Below the pieces are notes generated by a model, which saw only the letters and a program-made list of their open reading frames with translations, was not told the origin of the DNA and ran no database searches. Of a stretch of DNA of 64,000 bases, positions 36,945 to 49,999 are shown piece by piece (position 1 is the stretch's first letter; each line of letters begins with the position of its first letter). The translations under genes were made by a program, and so were the position numbers. This DNA is from Mustelus asterias (Eukaryota): the NCBI RefSeq assembly GCF_964213995.1, contig NC_135809.1, positions 38,130,001 through 38,194,000 on the forward strand. Direction: 5' to 3'.

Positions 36945-37480
36945 GCAAAATAGGAAATGGGAGCTGGGGTAGCTCTTTTGGCCCTTCGAGCTTGTTCTGC
37001 CATTTAATAAGATAATGACTGATCTTCTGCCTCAACTTCACCTTACCAAATCATCCCCATATCCCTTAATACAAAAATCTACTGACCTCTTTCTTGAATG
37101 TACTCAACAACTGAGCTTCCACAGCTCTCGGAGATAGAGAATTCCAAAGGTTGACAACCCTTTGAATGAAGAAATTTCTCCTTGCTTCAGTCCTAAATAG
37201 CCAACCCTTTATTCTGAGATTGTGACCCCGCCGCCCCCCCACATGGCCGAGATTCCTCAATAGATTTTCTCAGCATCTACCTGTGTCAGAATTTTGTAAG
37301 TTTCAGTTAGATCACCTTTCATTCTTCTGCACTCCAGGGAATGTAGGCCTAATCTACTCATTATCTCCTCCTCCCAGGAACTTTGGTTGCACTCTCTCCA
37401 GGGTAGGTTTGCCCTTCCTTGGGTAAGGAGACCAAAACTGCAGTATTCTAGGTGTGGCCTCACCAATGCATTTTATATGA
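36945..37480 (-). mobile_element. Degraded CR1 3' fragment
   Basis: ORFs 37257-37466 (VRPHLEYC) and 37066-37260 (RRNFFIQRVVNLWNSL). Confidence 0.8.
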
Positions 37481-39306
37481 TTTGTGTGACCTCCATAGTG
37501 CAGAGGTGAGTCATGCAAGGGTTTTGTGACTTTAAAGGAAATATATAATGCTCTCTCAAATGCCAAGTCCCATCCTTTAAGACAATTGTCTTTTCATAAA
37601 GCAAAGAAAGATTATTCTAATCCTTTCAATGTAGTTCAGTTTTTATGTGACAGAGAAATGGCCATAACGTTGATACAGATTAGTGAGGCAGTTTGGTCAA
37701 TTTAGAACTTCCATTTTGAAAATATTCCATAATCCCTCCACTCCCACCATTATTTTTTGTTTCATGATTCACCTTCAGTGTTCAGAAGTCTATATTCAAA
37801 GAATTCATCACAGGTTTACATGAAAAGCTCTTTGTGACATCTCTTTAAAATTGTCCCATTATCAGTTTTAGCTAATGCCCCAGTTCAACCTTCTGAGCAT
37901 ACCACAAAGTACTACTCTGGACTAACTTTATACATTGTAATATTGTGTATATTTCCATAATGTGAAACTATCATTTAAAGACACCTGAGACGGAGGGAAA
38001 AGCAAGAATTAACTGAGTGGCTGATCCAGAGGTTTGAATTCCTTTCTGATTTTTTAAAAAAGAGGAAAGTGCATCTCTGGATCCAGGAGGCAACACATTG
38101 CAGATAGTTTGGTTGTTTAGTTGAATGGATGAAATACTCTCTGGCTCAGATCAGTTAGAGGTTGCTGCTGAGTGACAGTGCACATGGTTGTGCCAGAATG
38201 GTATGATTTTTGCTTGTTCACAGTTATTGGGCTGACATTTCACTAGTCTGCTATATAGGGAGATACAGTGAAAGCTAGATGTTTCCTCACACAGTAGGGT
38301 GGACCTTGACTTTATCTGATTGTGTAAATCGGGTGCTAGTGAATGGGCAGCTTGTTTTATTGAAACCAGTGTCCAAATGCTGCTGACTCATTATCACCTG
38401 TTTTATACAGTGCCTCAAAGAACGTGTACATTGAGAGGAAGAGGGAAAATCAGATCAACACCCTCCGGCTGCTGCTGTAGCTCATAGATGGGTCAGAGAA
38501 TGGTTAGAATGGAGAACTTGGTACCACAAGGAGTAGTTGAGGTGACTAGCATAGATACATTTAAGTAGAAGCTAGATGAATATATGAAGAGAATAGGAAT
38601 AGAAGGATATATTGTCAGGATAGGAGGGGGCTTGTGGGGAGCGTAGACACCAACACTGACTTGTTGATCAGAATGTAGTACCATGGAAAGGGCCTAGAAA
38701 GTCATTAACTTCTTAGGGAACAGAGAGAGCATTAGATTTAATCAGATAGTCAGAGCATCTTCAGCATTGGCTTTTCTTCCTACCCTGGTCTATACTCTGA
38801 AATCTCCCAAGGGTTTATCCTTGGCCCTCTCCACATGCTGTCCTATGATCACAGGCAAAGGGTCAGTTTCTATGTGTATGCTAATTTACCTCACAACCAT
38901 ATTTCTTTCAATCACTTCACTGCTTCTGTGCCATCTTGAATGTCTAACATGTAGTCTAGACTGAGCTGCAATTTCCTCCAGTTAAACATTAGGAGGATTG
39001 AACCCTTAGTGTTTGGTCCCATCACAAGAATCTGCCATCAATTTCATTCCACCTGTCTAACCAGACTATTCATAACCTATTTGATCCTGAACTGAATTTC
39101 CAACCCAATGTCCTTGTTATTACAAATGACTTGCACCTCCATAATATTGCCTACCGCAACCCATCTGCCTTGTCCACGCCTTTGTTTCTTCTGGACTTGA
39201 TTATTCCAGTGCCCTTAATTATTCTAATCACCTTGAACTTGCCATTTCTCCAATGCTGGTCTCTTATGCTGTGCTATTTCTGTCTGCCTCGACCATTGGT
39301 AGCTGC

Positions 39307-40071
39307 TGTTATGATCTCAGTTGAGACCAGTAATGTTTTATTACCTTTTTGTTTGGAAATCCAAAAACCTGAACGTTCACTAAAAGAATGAAACCACAAA
39401 GTTCATGGTTTAAAACAAAATAATTTTACTCCAGAAAAATCAGAGAAGATGAATAATAATAATTGCACTGTTAAACAGTTATTTAACATCAAAAATATTA
39501 AAAATATACTGAATACAGATACCCATTACCTAAACCAAACTTCTAAACATAACTTTCCTTCTGTGCCCATTTGACTTTAACTCAACTCGATAACTTGATT
39601 TGATAACTCAAGTCAGATACCAACTAAAAAACTTGGAGGGTTAGCCACTTTGAGTCCTATTTCAAAGATTCGAACATGGGTTAAAATTTCTTGAGCCTTA
39701 CGCTTACTTCGGCAAGGTTGTCCTTTTAAACTGTTCCAACCATCCCCCAGTTTTAAACTCTGTGGTCAATACAGGTGTCGCTAGCATCTAAAGCATAGCC
39801 ACTTTGGGTCAGAACTCCCTGGTTCTAATGTTTCTCACCCAAACTCTGCACGCTTGTTCTAAACTTAAGTCCTGCTTGAGACCAGGATCACTTAGGAACT
39901 TACTCAATAATTAACTTCCTGTTGGCCTTTTGCTGTACTATTATTTATGATTAGTTACTGGAAGTAACTTGCTTTTTACAAGAAATCTTCAAGAGAAACC
40001 TAGTTCCCAAAGGGACCATCACCTGAATATAGAAGATGTTTCTTTGCCCCAAAAGCACAGGGGCCATCCCA
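39307..40071. mobile_element. Solo-LTR-like insertion (TG...CA, ~765 bp) inside an old L2 fragment
   Basis: Starts TGTTATGAT, ends ...CCATCCCA; flanks CTGC/CTGT (4-bp TSD with one mismatch); flanking repeat rejoins as ccattggtagctgtgctttc. Confidence 0.55.
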
Positions 40072-40179
40072 CTGTGCTTTCAACCACCTAGTGCCCTAGT
40101 GTTATTGTTAAGAAGATTGTAATGCTATCCTTCAACATCCATGCTTTCAAAGTATTTGGTTTGATTGTTTTTGTTTCAG

Positions 40180-41043
40180 GTGCCGAGTGAGATTGCGAGT
40201 TATAATCATCCTGCGACCTCAATAAAGAACTCTGAGAAACCACAGCTGATTCAAGCAATCCCTCCAGTTGCTGACGTGAATAAAAATACTGTAACAGCAA
40301 AACTCGGCGAGGTGTCCAGGGAGAACAGTTCCAGGCGAAAGCAGAGGCATGTTCTTCAGCCTGTTGAGGAGCCAGTAATCCTGTTCCCAGAAACCACTGA
40401 GCCTGCAGCAGAGACTGGATTAGATTTGGGTTTTGTGTCTGACTTCCAGGAATCCAGAACCATGGAGCAATGCTCAGATTTTGCCAGCACCAGCATAGAT
40501 TATAACTTCAAAACGCCCATTAAAGAAAAGCTCCGCGATCAGCCTGCCTCCTCCACCCCCAGCAAAGGCACCGCTGGAAGCTCTCCAGTCACTGTAGCAA
40601 ACAGCTGGAAGATTGCACTGACCCCTTTGAAAAAAGATGACAGCTTGTTTGAGTTCAGTCCTGTGAGGACACCATGTGGTTCCTTTCTAACGCCCTTGCG
40701 TAATAACGCAGGATATCTGAGTCTAAGTAGTACACCTTTTAAAGACTTTGCTCTCTTTGAGTCACCGCGTGAGCTCTTGAACTCACCGGTTCAGGATCTT
40801 GTGCCTGACGCAAGCTCCTCCCCTCTTTCAGAGGACAATTCGAGAAGGTGTTCCCGAGAACTGCAGGTAAATGCAAACTGTAATACCAAAGCAAATAGGT
40901 CTTTGACTGAAGGCTTGGTCTTGGACACCCTGAACGACAGTCTTAGTAAAATATTACTGGACATTAGCTTCACCGGTCTGGAGGATGAGGACTATGAACT
41001 TGGGAATATGAGCTGGTCAACACTAATCCCAGAACTGAGATAG
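40180..41043 (+). CDS. FOXM1: FOXM1 last coding exon (transactivation domain)
   Basis: SSRRKQ, FKTPIK, SSTPSK, many S/T-P sites, NRSLTEGLVLDTLNDSLSKILLDISF...SWSTLIPELR*; acceptor tttgtttcag. Confidence 0.97.
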   Translation: MPSEIASYNHPATSIKNSEKPQLIQAIPPVADVNKNTVTAKLGEVSRENSSRRKQRHVLQPVEEPVILFPETTEPAAETGLDLGFVSDFQESRTMEQCSDFASTSIDYNFKTPIKEKLRDQPASSTPSKGTAGSSPVTVANSWKIALTPLKKDDSLFEFSPVRTPCGSFLTPLRNNAGYLSLSSTPFKDFALFESPRELLNSPVQDLVPDASSSPLSEDNSRRCSRELQVNANCNTKANRSLTEGLVLDTLNDSLSKILLDISFTGLEDEDYELGNMSWSTLIPELR

Positions 41044-44000
41044 ATCAGTTTGTGGGGTGTGGTGGGGGAAGGGAGTCTTGCTGCTTAAATTTTTTTTTTT
41101 CTTGATGTTAGAACCGTTTCAAGTTCAAGCTGATACAAATATTAAGGCAGAATTAGAAAAATCCGGACTAAGCCCTTGGACAAAATTCCAGGTTGTTTTT
41201 GAAATCATTAATTCCTAGCGTCTGTATCTTGTAGGTACTTAGTTCCTTGCCCACCTGAACTATGCTTACTGTAACTAGATTAATCACTGTTCATTGTTAT
41301 CCATGTATAATCTTTTGCACGTGTCTGTGTGAGCCTGCCATACAGGGTATTGATTTGATAGTGTGTGTGTGTGTGTACGTGTGCCCGCTATGTTTGATGC
41401 TGCTTTGCCTTCCTGTACACAGGACAATAGGCCATGATTAAAAGGCCTCGAGGCTTCCCCAGCACTTCATTTCTGACTATTTTCATCAGATTCCTTGATT
41501 CTGACTATAGATTTTCTTAATTCTTGGTGTCTTCTCAGGGGATGACAGAAACTTTTGTATATTGTGCTTGTAAATTTATATATTTTTTTTAAATGTGAAG
41601 AGAACAATATGAAGAGGAATGGAAGCCTTGTAATGCATAGGAAGGGATGGGGGAGAATGGCTTTCTTGGTTTCAGTGATTGTCTGATCTTAACTGAAGTT
41701 TGTTGTAAGGTTTGAGATAATGCAGGCCAGTTGTAGTTGATCACTATCAGTGTAAATTGTCTGTCTTTGATGTACCTCAGAGATTGACATTAATAGTTGC
41801 ACTGTGTCCTGTAGCTAGCAGCGTTCAATTCCAGCCCCAGAGTTTTTACTATATTAAACAGAAAATGCTAGGAATTAGTTAATGATTTGGGTGTGGAACT
41901 GCCAAACAGGTGTATTTTCCAGATTTTTAATTTCAGATTTCTAATTTTTTTGCCGTTTGTTTTCTCTTCATAAACTCCAGTTTCCAAAGAGCAGAAAAAA
42001 TTTAGTGTCTATATCAGCTTTCAACTTTTGATGAACAAATATCTACTCACTAGACCAAGCCCACCACTTCCTGACCAGTAAAACCAAGTTGCTCTGTGCA
42101 CTGCTATATAGCATGCAAATGATCTTGTTACAATATTTTGGAGCAGAGATTTGAATGTGCACCATTTTGAGTTTAGCGTTTTAAACATATGATGTATTCC
42201 AGATTAAACGTGGTATTGGTACTGAATGTGAACAGTCCCTTCCTGTAATATATTTTAACAAATAGAGTAACAGAATACTATGATGCAGTTCTACACAATA
42301 GCAACTAGAAATGCTCTTGGAGATTTTGAGATGTGGACTGGTATCTGCATTATGCTTGGGCCTTGGCCTGAACCTTCTGCTTCCAAACCACCTGTCCTTG
42401 ACCAATAGGAAAATTCTGCATCTCAACGAAGGCACTTCACTGTTTGAACACCAGCATATCTCTCACTTGGCCTCTCGCAGCCTGTACCGGCCGATGCCCA
42501 TTGTGTGAGGAACAGTAGGAGGTTTATATCACAGACCAGATCAATGGCTTGGCACCCTGGCACAGGAATGCAGCTCCTTGGGACACACCAATAGCACTAT
42601 CCTCATCAGCTACTTTCTGTATGGTTGGCAAAAATCTATCATTCTCGGACTTAAAATCAGTGATTGATTCGACAACAGTTACCATTTGCAGAACTGAGTT
42701 CCAAACCTCTACCAAAGTAATTTTTCCTAATTTAACTTCTGAATTTTAGACTGTGCCACCTGACCTAGATTCTGACACCCCTCCCCCCCAAAACCAGCAG
42801 AAATAGTTTCTCTCTGTTTCCTTAGTATCTTGAAAACATCAATCAAATTACCGTTTTAAATTCCAGGCAATACAACCCTAATTTGTGCAACCTCTCCCCC
42901 TTGGTTTTCAGTTTCATTCTGGTAAGTTTATGCTACATTCCCTCCAAGTCAAATATATCATTTCTAAGACGTGATGGTCAGAACTTGTCACAGTACACTG
43001 AACTGTGATGCAGCGAGAGCTTTGGAGAGCTGACGTATCCTATTTTCTAGGACATTCTTTTTGTCCCTCTGATTTCCTTTTCAATTCTCCTCTGCACTTT
43101 TTGCCCTTAGCTTGATTCTCTATTGTTTTATGAACCTGATGCTGACCGTAAGTCTCTTTTCTGTTACATTTTAATCACAATTTGTTTAGCCAAAACTTTG
43201 GATGCCCTTCCTTTCTCCCTCATGGGAATGTGTCTTGCCTATACCACTTTCTTGAATGCATTCCATTGCTCATTTACTGTTTTACCATCCAATATTTGAT
43301 TTCAGTCACCTGAGCCAACTTGCTGAAATTAGTCCTTTTTGAGTTGAGTATCGACCTGATTCAAAAGCAAAATACTGCGAAGGGTGATAATTGGAAATAA
43401 CAACAGAAAATGCTCAGCAGGACCGGCAGCATCTGTGGGGGGAGGAACCGGTTTAACAGGCAGCGCTTTACCAACATTGTCGACGTCCAGACATAAGCCA
43501 GCAATGCATGTCAGTGACATGTACAGGCAGCCAGTGAGATCTTCCTCCTGTCTTTGTGGTTGATAACTAAGTAGCTGCTGTTGGCACAATTAGGGAGATG
43601 ATGGCTCAGCATCACCACCACATGGTGCCCACTGTGGAGGCATGCAGGGGCCCTGCAGCATTGAAAAGGTGCACCACAAATATTAAAGATAAATGTTCAA
43701 GTGAAGAGAAGGCCTACCCCCACCCCTCCCCCGGAAATCATGGTGACTGCCTCTTGAGGTCCTCTAACAATCCCCACCAGGCTGTCACTGGGAAGCCGCC
43801 TGCAGCGCCTCCACACAGTGGGAGGCCAACAGCCTGGTAAATGGGCTCTCAAAAGGGCATTTACATATTTAAGTTGGTTTCCCACCTCCTTGTGGCGGAG
43901 AATGGGTCTGCCAGAGCACCCCGCGGTTTTTATCGGCTCCCCCACTTTGTTCCTGCTTCATGCCAGCCAGCAAAATTCTTCCCGACCTTTCCGGCCCAGG

Positions 44001-44364
44001 ACCTTTCCTCGGCTGCTTCTGTACACGGTTCAGGAATTACCTCCCTTCCTTGCCCTCATACCCTGATCTTATTTTCTCCGTAACTTGTATTAGGATATTG
44101 TAAGTAACCAGCCATCACAATTCTAATATTTTTATCTTATCTGAAATTTGCTGCAGATTTGCTCCTCCACCTCTTTCCCACTACTTGATGTTCTACAGTG
44201 GAATCCCAACTCCTCTTCTTAACCAAATAGATTCTGTCATTAAACCCTCTAGCACATCACCTTTTTCTAAGATTTAACAGTATCTATTATTAATACTGTT
44301 TCCAACTTCTCATATTTTTCCCCATCCCTCCTGAATACAATGTAGCTAGAATGTGAAATTCCAC

Positions 44365-44688
44365 TTCATGGTCTTAATGGCGCAGTGCCAGGGACTGGGT
44401 TAAATTCCGGCCTCTGGAGTTTGCACATTCTCCCCGTGTCTGAGTGGGTTTCTTCCGGGTGCTCCGGTTTCCTTCCACAGTCCAAAGATGTGCGGGTTAG
44501 GTGGATTGGGCATGCTAACTTGCCCCTTTAGTGTCTAAAGATGTGTAGGCTAGGTGGATTAGCCATGGTAAATGTGCAGGGTTACAGGGATAGGACAAAA
44601 GGAAGGGCCTAGGTGGGATGTTGTTTCAAAGAGTGAGTGTAGAATTGAGGGGCGGACTGGTATCTTTCTGCACTGTAGGCATTCTATG
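44365..44688 (+). mobile_element. HE1-like SINE, degraded head
   Basis: GAGTTTGCACATTCTCCCCGTGTCTG...CCACAGTCCAAAGATGTGCGGGTTAGG. Confidence 0.8.
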
Positions 44689-44965
44689 GCAATGGAGAGA
44701 AGCCTCCATTATTATCAGACATCACATCCCTATCTGACCAGTTCTGCATGCATGCAGCTCACCAACGCTCTCTCATTGTAATCCTGCCTTAGTTTGCTTT
44801 GCATTTGCCTCCTGATTCCTCCTTTTCCTATAGTACACTTTATTCTAATGTTGTTTGTCTCTCCCACTCTATACACCTTATTACTTTTTCATTGATGCTT
44901 AAATGATGCTGGTTTCCCTCTTCCCGCCCATGTAGTTTACAGCCTCTCCTACAGCACAAGATAAC

Positions 44966-45309
44966 AGGGCATTAATCCTGGCCTTGATCAGATACAATCT
45001 GTCCATGTTATACAAGTAGTTCCTCCTGTCCCAGAATTGGCCCTACTGCCCCAGGAATCTGAATCCCTCCCTCTTGCACCATTTCACTAGCTCCTATACT
45101 CACCACTACATAGGATTGATTTTGCTTGTCCCCTAAAATGTTATCCTCAATCCTTTTCTAGTTACGTTCTGATCTGATTGAAGTCTTTAGAGCAAGATTT
45201 GAGTGAGATTTATCCTTATTTGATCAAAATAGTCAAATATGCTCTTGGGAGTAAAATGTTTTTAAAAAAACTCCACCCATCCCCTTCCGTTGCTTAGTTT
45301 AAATGTCAG
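44966..45309 (+). repeat. Copy 1 of a local ~340-bp duplication (CR1 ORF1 esterase remnant plus flank)
   Basis: Collinear with 48897-49165 and 49520-49585. Confidence 0.8.
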
Positions 45310-46705
45310 GCCAGGTATCTCTTGTTACTGTTCTACAATATGCTGCTTGAAGATGGACAAGAGATTTTCACTTGCATTCCCTCCTTCTGAGGAAGCATGA
45401 ATCAGTGCAGCAAGAGGCAGCTTGAAATTCCAGGAAAGAACAGTTTTCACTGCACCACCAGTAGTGGGAGTGTTTACTGAAGATCGAAGCAGCTGAGCCT
45501 CTGCATTTTCTCATGGTCAATCCTGTGAAAACATTTTCCTCAGAAATGGGCACATGCCGAAGTTTCTGTGCAGCAAAGACAAGGAACCTGCTGTGCAATG
45601 AAGCAATGGACTGCACTGCATTATTAAAATGCTTAACCAGACAACTGGTTAAAGGGAGCATTTAGCTTATTGCCAAAGCGATTCAATTAAAACCGATATT
45701 CATAGAAATAATTTATTGACATGTGGAATAAGAAGGAAATGCAAAGTAAACTGCATTTTATAATGCAGGAGAGTTTATAAACTGCATTTTATATAATGCA
45801 GACGAGTTAACAAACTTTGCATTTTCTTCTCATTCCACACGTCATGTGCTGTTTGGAGCCTCCTTCGATGCAATGATCTTGCATTAATTTTCATTGTGGG
45901 GTTCAAGATAGTGACATCATGATCAAAGCCACTTTGAAATAGTGCGATTGGTTGTATTGACTGACTGACAAGATTATTGGCTGCCTTGTGCTCCCACTGC
46001 TGCCATACATCATAAACCGCAAGAGTTGACTCTGTGTAATCAATAGAAAATGTATATTCGAATGGCAGTGTTGACTGATTGTGTGTGTGTGTGTGTATAT
46101 TTCTTATCGAGTGTTATCTGCTCCTGCTTTACATCCCAATGAGTAACCTATCAATGTACTACTGAAACTCCTTTCTCTGAGTCCATGCAGACCCAAATAT
46201 GCAACAGCTATAAGTTTGGCAGTTAAACATCCCCACAGCTGAGTCAATAGATCATGCAACAGCAACAATAGTTGTAAATTATGAACAATATAGTTTTTTC
46301 AGCTTGCAGTATATGTAAATATTTCATACTAACCTACTTGTAAATGCTCCAGATTCTTTTAATGCACCTTAATAAAAAAACACAATCTGTGCCTCAGACA
46401 TGTAAAATAAATATAAGCAGACTGGTCTAATCTTTAATTGGTAAAAAAGGCCGCTGTACAGTGATGGAATGTCAATTAAAAAAATGACTTTACCTAAATT
46501 GTGGCAATGAGTCGGTATGTTCTGTAGCTATACTGTACTGTGCATGTTTTATATCACACAGCTATTCATTATTTTTATTTTCCAGTATAGGCTGGCTGTC
46601 TGCGGTGAGGATTTCACCTCTGTCACCTGGAATAATATTGTTATAAATTAGCAGAGAGAGAGACCCGTAAAACATTTGTGGTGCCATTAATATTTTTATT
46701 GCAAC

Positions 46706-47488
46706 TGTTATGGTTCAGGTTAGAAACTCCAAAGGACTTTATGGAGATCGCCTGAACCATAAGTTTTGCAACTAGAATTTGGCTTGAATGAGCATGATAC
46801 ATTTCACTTCAGGTATGATTCAACAACCAACTAAAGAGCTGTTATCAAACAAAGTTTACTTAAGAATATAGTTAAAATGTATAGAAAGGAAATTAGCAAT
46901 ACCTTTTAACCATTGCAGACAAAAAAAGAAAGAAAACAACCACAATAATGTATTAACCCTTAATTGAATATTAAAGTTGTTCCAACAAACCAAAACCTTT
47001 CATAGACAAAACCCTTTTCACAGGCTTAACACAACATAGATTAAAATCTCACTTGACTGGAAATGAGTCTTTTTGAAGTCTGCACTTTCCTTCCGGAATG
47101 CAAAACACTACCTTGAGATAACAAGCAGAATTTCCAAATAGAACAGGGAGAGAGAGAGACTTCAGCTTCTTTCTTGCTTGATGCCCCTGCTAAAACTAAA
47201 AAACCTAAACTGCAGCCTCAGAACTTTCAAAACTGAAACCTTAAACTCAAAAAAACTGTCCAAAAACACATGACCTTTTCTCTTAACAATGCAGGATCGT
47301 AAAGCTAATCCCAGAGTAAACACAAACAACCCCATTTAAACCACTTAAGAAGAAATACAAGGGCAATTCCAGCCAAGTTGGTAACAATGACATCACTGAA
47401 GCTGTGAGCTAAGAAACCAATGAAACAGAGAGATGCAGAAATCATGATTTTTGAAAAAAATCTTTCTTAAAGGTACAATAATGTCACA
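46706..47488. mobile_element. Solo LTR, 783 bp
   Basis: TGTTA...TGTCACA termini with a perfect 4-bp target-site duplication CAAC (46702-46705, 47489-47492); second copy at 16136. Confidence 0.85.
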
Positions 47489-47696
47489 CAACAGTAAGGA
47501 TTTCTGGTTATTTTTTCACTTAGAACTTTACCTTCATCAATCCCACCCCTCATGGAAATAGTTTCTCCAGCCAGGGCTAGCATATGACTGTAAAATCTCA
47601 AACATTTGTCACTGGGAATTCAACATGGCTTAATATTGGACAGGCACAAGTTTATTCACATGAACAGTGAGAGCCAGTAGTACAATTGTAGATTTT

Positions 47697-48502
47697 GGGG
47701 TTAATCTTACCGGCTCATCCCACCAATCGATCGGTGTGGCAAGCCGGTAAGGTTGCGAGAAAGGCCAAAAACCAGGATTGTGCCCGGCTTCTCGCCTCTC
47801 TCGATACTGCCGGCACTGTGAAACCAGTGTGATCAGCCACGGGCGTGAGATTGATTATATTTAAATCTCGCTGGTGGAGGTTGTTACCGGTGAGGATCAC
47901 ATATGGTCCTTCGCAGCAGGAACCTGTCGTGATGGCCTCGCCGGTGGGACCGAAGGCCATTGAGGTCCCCTGGGTGGTCTGGTGCAGTTGGGGGCAGTGC
48001 CCCTTTGGCAGTGCCAGCCTGGCACTGCCCACCGGACAGTGGCAGAGGGAGGGGCATAAGGGGAGGGGGCAGGGCTTAAGGGGAGGCAGGCTGCACACTC
48101 TGTGATGGGGGATCGCAGGAGCAGCAATCAACTGAGGGATGTGGGGAATGGGGACGGCGATCAGGCGGGAGGGGTGTCGTGATCAGGGGGGTGCCTGTGT
48201 GATGTCCGGGGAGTGGGGAGACTGAGATATCTCCCAGTGCATTAACTGTGAACTCTTGAAAACAGTGAGTGTACTGGGAGATCAGTGGTTGCGTGATGGC
48301 GCTCTCTAGCACTCAAGCAGCCTGCTTCCCAGCGTGGATAGACTCCATCCACTCCCTCTACTGATGTGAATCACATTTTGCCTCATTTTTCTCTCTAAGT
48401 GGCATAAGATCGTGTCAGAGAGTTCACCCATAAAATGGGTGCAATACTCTCCAGTTTTCACGCTCTTTTAGTACTAAGAATTTTTGCTCCAAGATCACCC
48501 CC
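47697..48502. mobile_element. Non-autonomous DNA transposon (Harbinger-like MITE)
   Basis: Imperfect TIRs GGGGTTAATCTT...AAGATCACCCC flanked by TTT; related fragment at ~24130-24275. Confidence 0.6.
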
Positions 48503-48896
48503 TTTGTCTTTCCAGACTTTGTTTAAATCCAGAGAAACTGTGGTGAAGGATGGGTGATTATAGGTCCATCACTATAGTATTGCATTTTGTGTTCCATGCA
48601 CTACAGGTAAGATTGCATTGATCCCAGTTGGTCTAGAGATAATACATCCCCAGATACCATCTATATTCCTGTGTGCGTAACAGAATAGGATTGCATGTCT
48701 CAAGTGACACCTTAACTTCTGTTTGTGTTGCCATTGCCACTATCTTCCATTGGCAGCCACAAGTGCATCATTCACATGCCTCTGCAAATACCAGGCTTCA
48801 GTTGTCAAATCAACCCATTGACGCTTCACCCTGGTTCCCCTCTTCCTGCCAATGTAGTTTATACCCTCTCCAACAGCACAAGTTCACCTTTCTGTG

Positions 48897-49585
48897 AGGG
48901 CATTAATCCTGGCCCTGATCAGATGCAACCTGTCCATGCTATGTATGTTCCTCCTGTCCCAGAATTGCCCCACTTCCCCAGGAGTCTGAATCCCTCCCTC
49001 TTGCACCATTTCACAGCAGCTCCTTTACTCATTGCATAGCATTGATTTTGCGTGTCCCTTAAAAATGTTATCAGCAATCCTTTTTTGGTTACGTTCTGAT
49101 TGAAGTCTGTAGAGCAAGGTTTGTGAGATTTACCCGCACTTGACAGCAATATCTCAATATGCTATTATCATAGAATCATAGAAACCCTACAGTACAGAAA
49201 GAGGCCATTCAGCCCATCGAGTCTGCACCGACCACAATCCCACCCAGGCCCTACCCCCATATCCCTACAGATTTACCCACTAATCCCTCTAACCTACGCA
49301 TCTCAGGACACTAAGGGCAATTTTTTTTCAGCATGGCCAATCAACCTAACCCGCACATCTTTGGACTGTGGGAGGAAACCGGAGCACCCGGAGGAAACCC
49401 ACGCAGACACGAGGAGAATGTGCAAACTCCACACAGACAGTGACCCAAGCCGGGAATCGAACCCAGGTCCCTGGAGCTGTGAAGCAGCAGTGCTAACCAC
49501 CGTGCTACCGTGCCGCCAATTTATTGGAGTAAATTTTTTTTTTAAACTCCACTTAGTCCTTTTCATTGCTTAGTTTAAATGTCAG
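48897..49585 (+). repeat. Copy 2 of the local duplication, split by an HE1-like SINE (49168-49517, - strand)
   Basis: GGCATTAATCCTGGCC.TGATCAGAT... matches 44968; homology resumes after the SINE (AAACTCCAC...TTGCTTAGTTTAAATGTCAG). Confidence 0.8.
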
Positions 49586-49589
49586 CTAT

Positions 49590-49700
49590 ATCACTGTGAC
49601 ATCATAAACCTCCAGCAAAGTCAGATCTACTGGTCACTTAGCAACATTATTGTGGTGTTTTTCATTGCCAAGGAGACCTAACGTGATGAAAGACTAAATA
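49590..49700 (+). promoter_or_regulatory. Candidate TEX52 promoter (CRE-like plus two RFX X-box-like motifs)
   Basis: TGACATCA at 49597-49604; GTCACTTAGCAAC at 49633-49645; ATTGCCAAGGAGAC at 49664-49677. Confidence 0.45.
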
Positions 49701-49710
49701 AAGTGTAATC

Positions 49711-49776
49711 ATGCTGCGGACAGGATGTGAAAGCTCACTGAAGAGAAACAGATTGAAAGAGAACCTTTACCACATG
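49711..49776 (+). CDS. TEX52: Candidate TEX52 first coding exon (MLRTGCESSLKRNRLKENLYHM)
   Basis: ATG, 22 codons, donor ATG|GTAATT in phase 0, compatible with the phase-0 acceptor at 58196; no clear sequence homology recognised. Confidence 0.4.
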
Positions 49777-49999
49777 GTAATTTTTATACTCCATTACTGA
49801 ATTTCTCATTAACTTACAAGAGGATAAGACATGAGCTTTACAGTCTACTTAGGCTCCAAGCGGACACCAAGCAGGGCTACTTAAAGTGAAATGCAAGCCA
49901 TAACAGTGACAGATGTCTTACTGACTAAATAATGGACTGGGTATGACAGTGTACATATATACACTAGTGTAAACAATAGACATTGTATGATGGTGTATG

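Noticed and set aside
36016-40179. Equivalent of human FOXM1 exon VIIa/A2
   Set aside because: No frame-preserving exon with recognisable similarity was seen in this repeat-filled intron
41362-46096. (TG)n microsatellites at ~41362 and ~46080; also (AGACT)4 at 23101
   Set aside because: Ordinary short simple repeats
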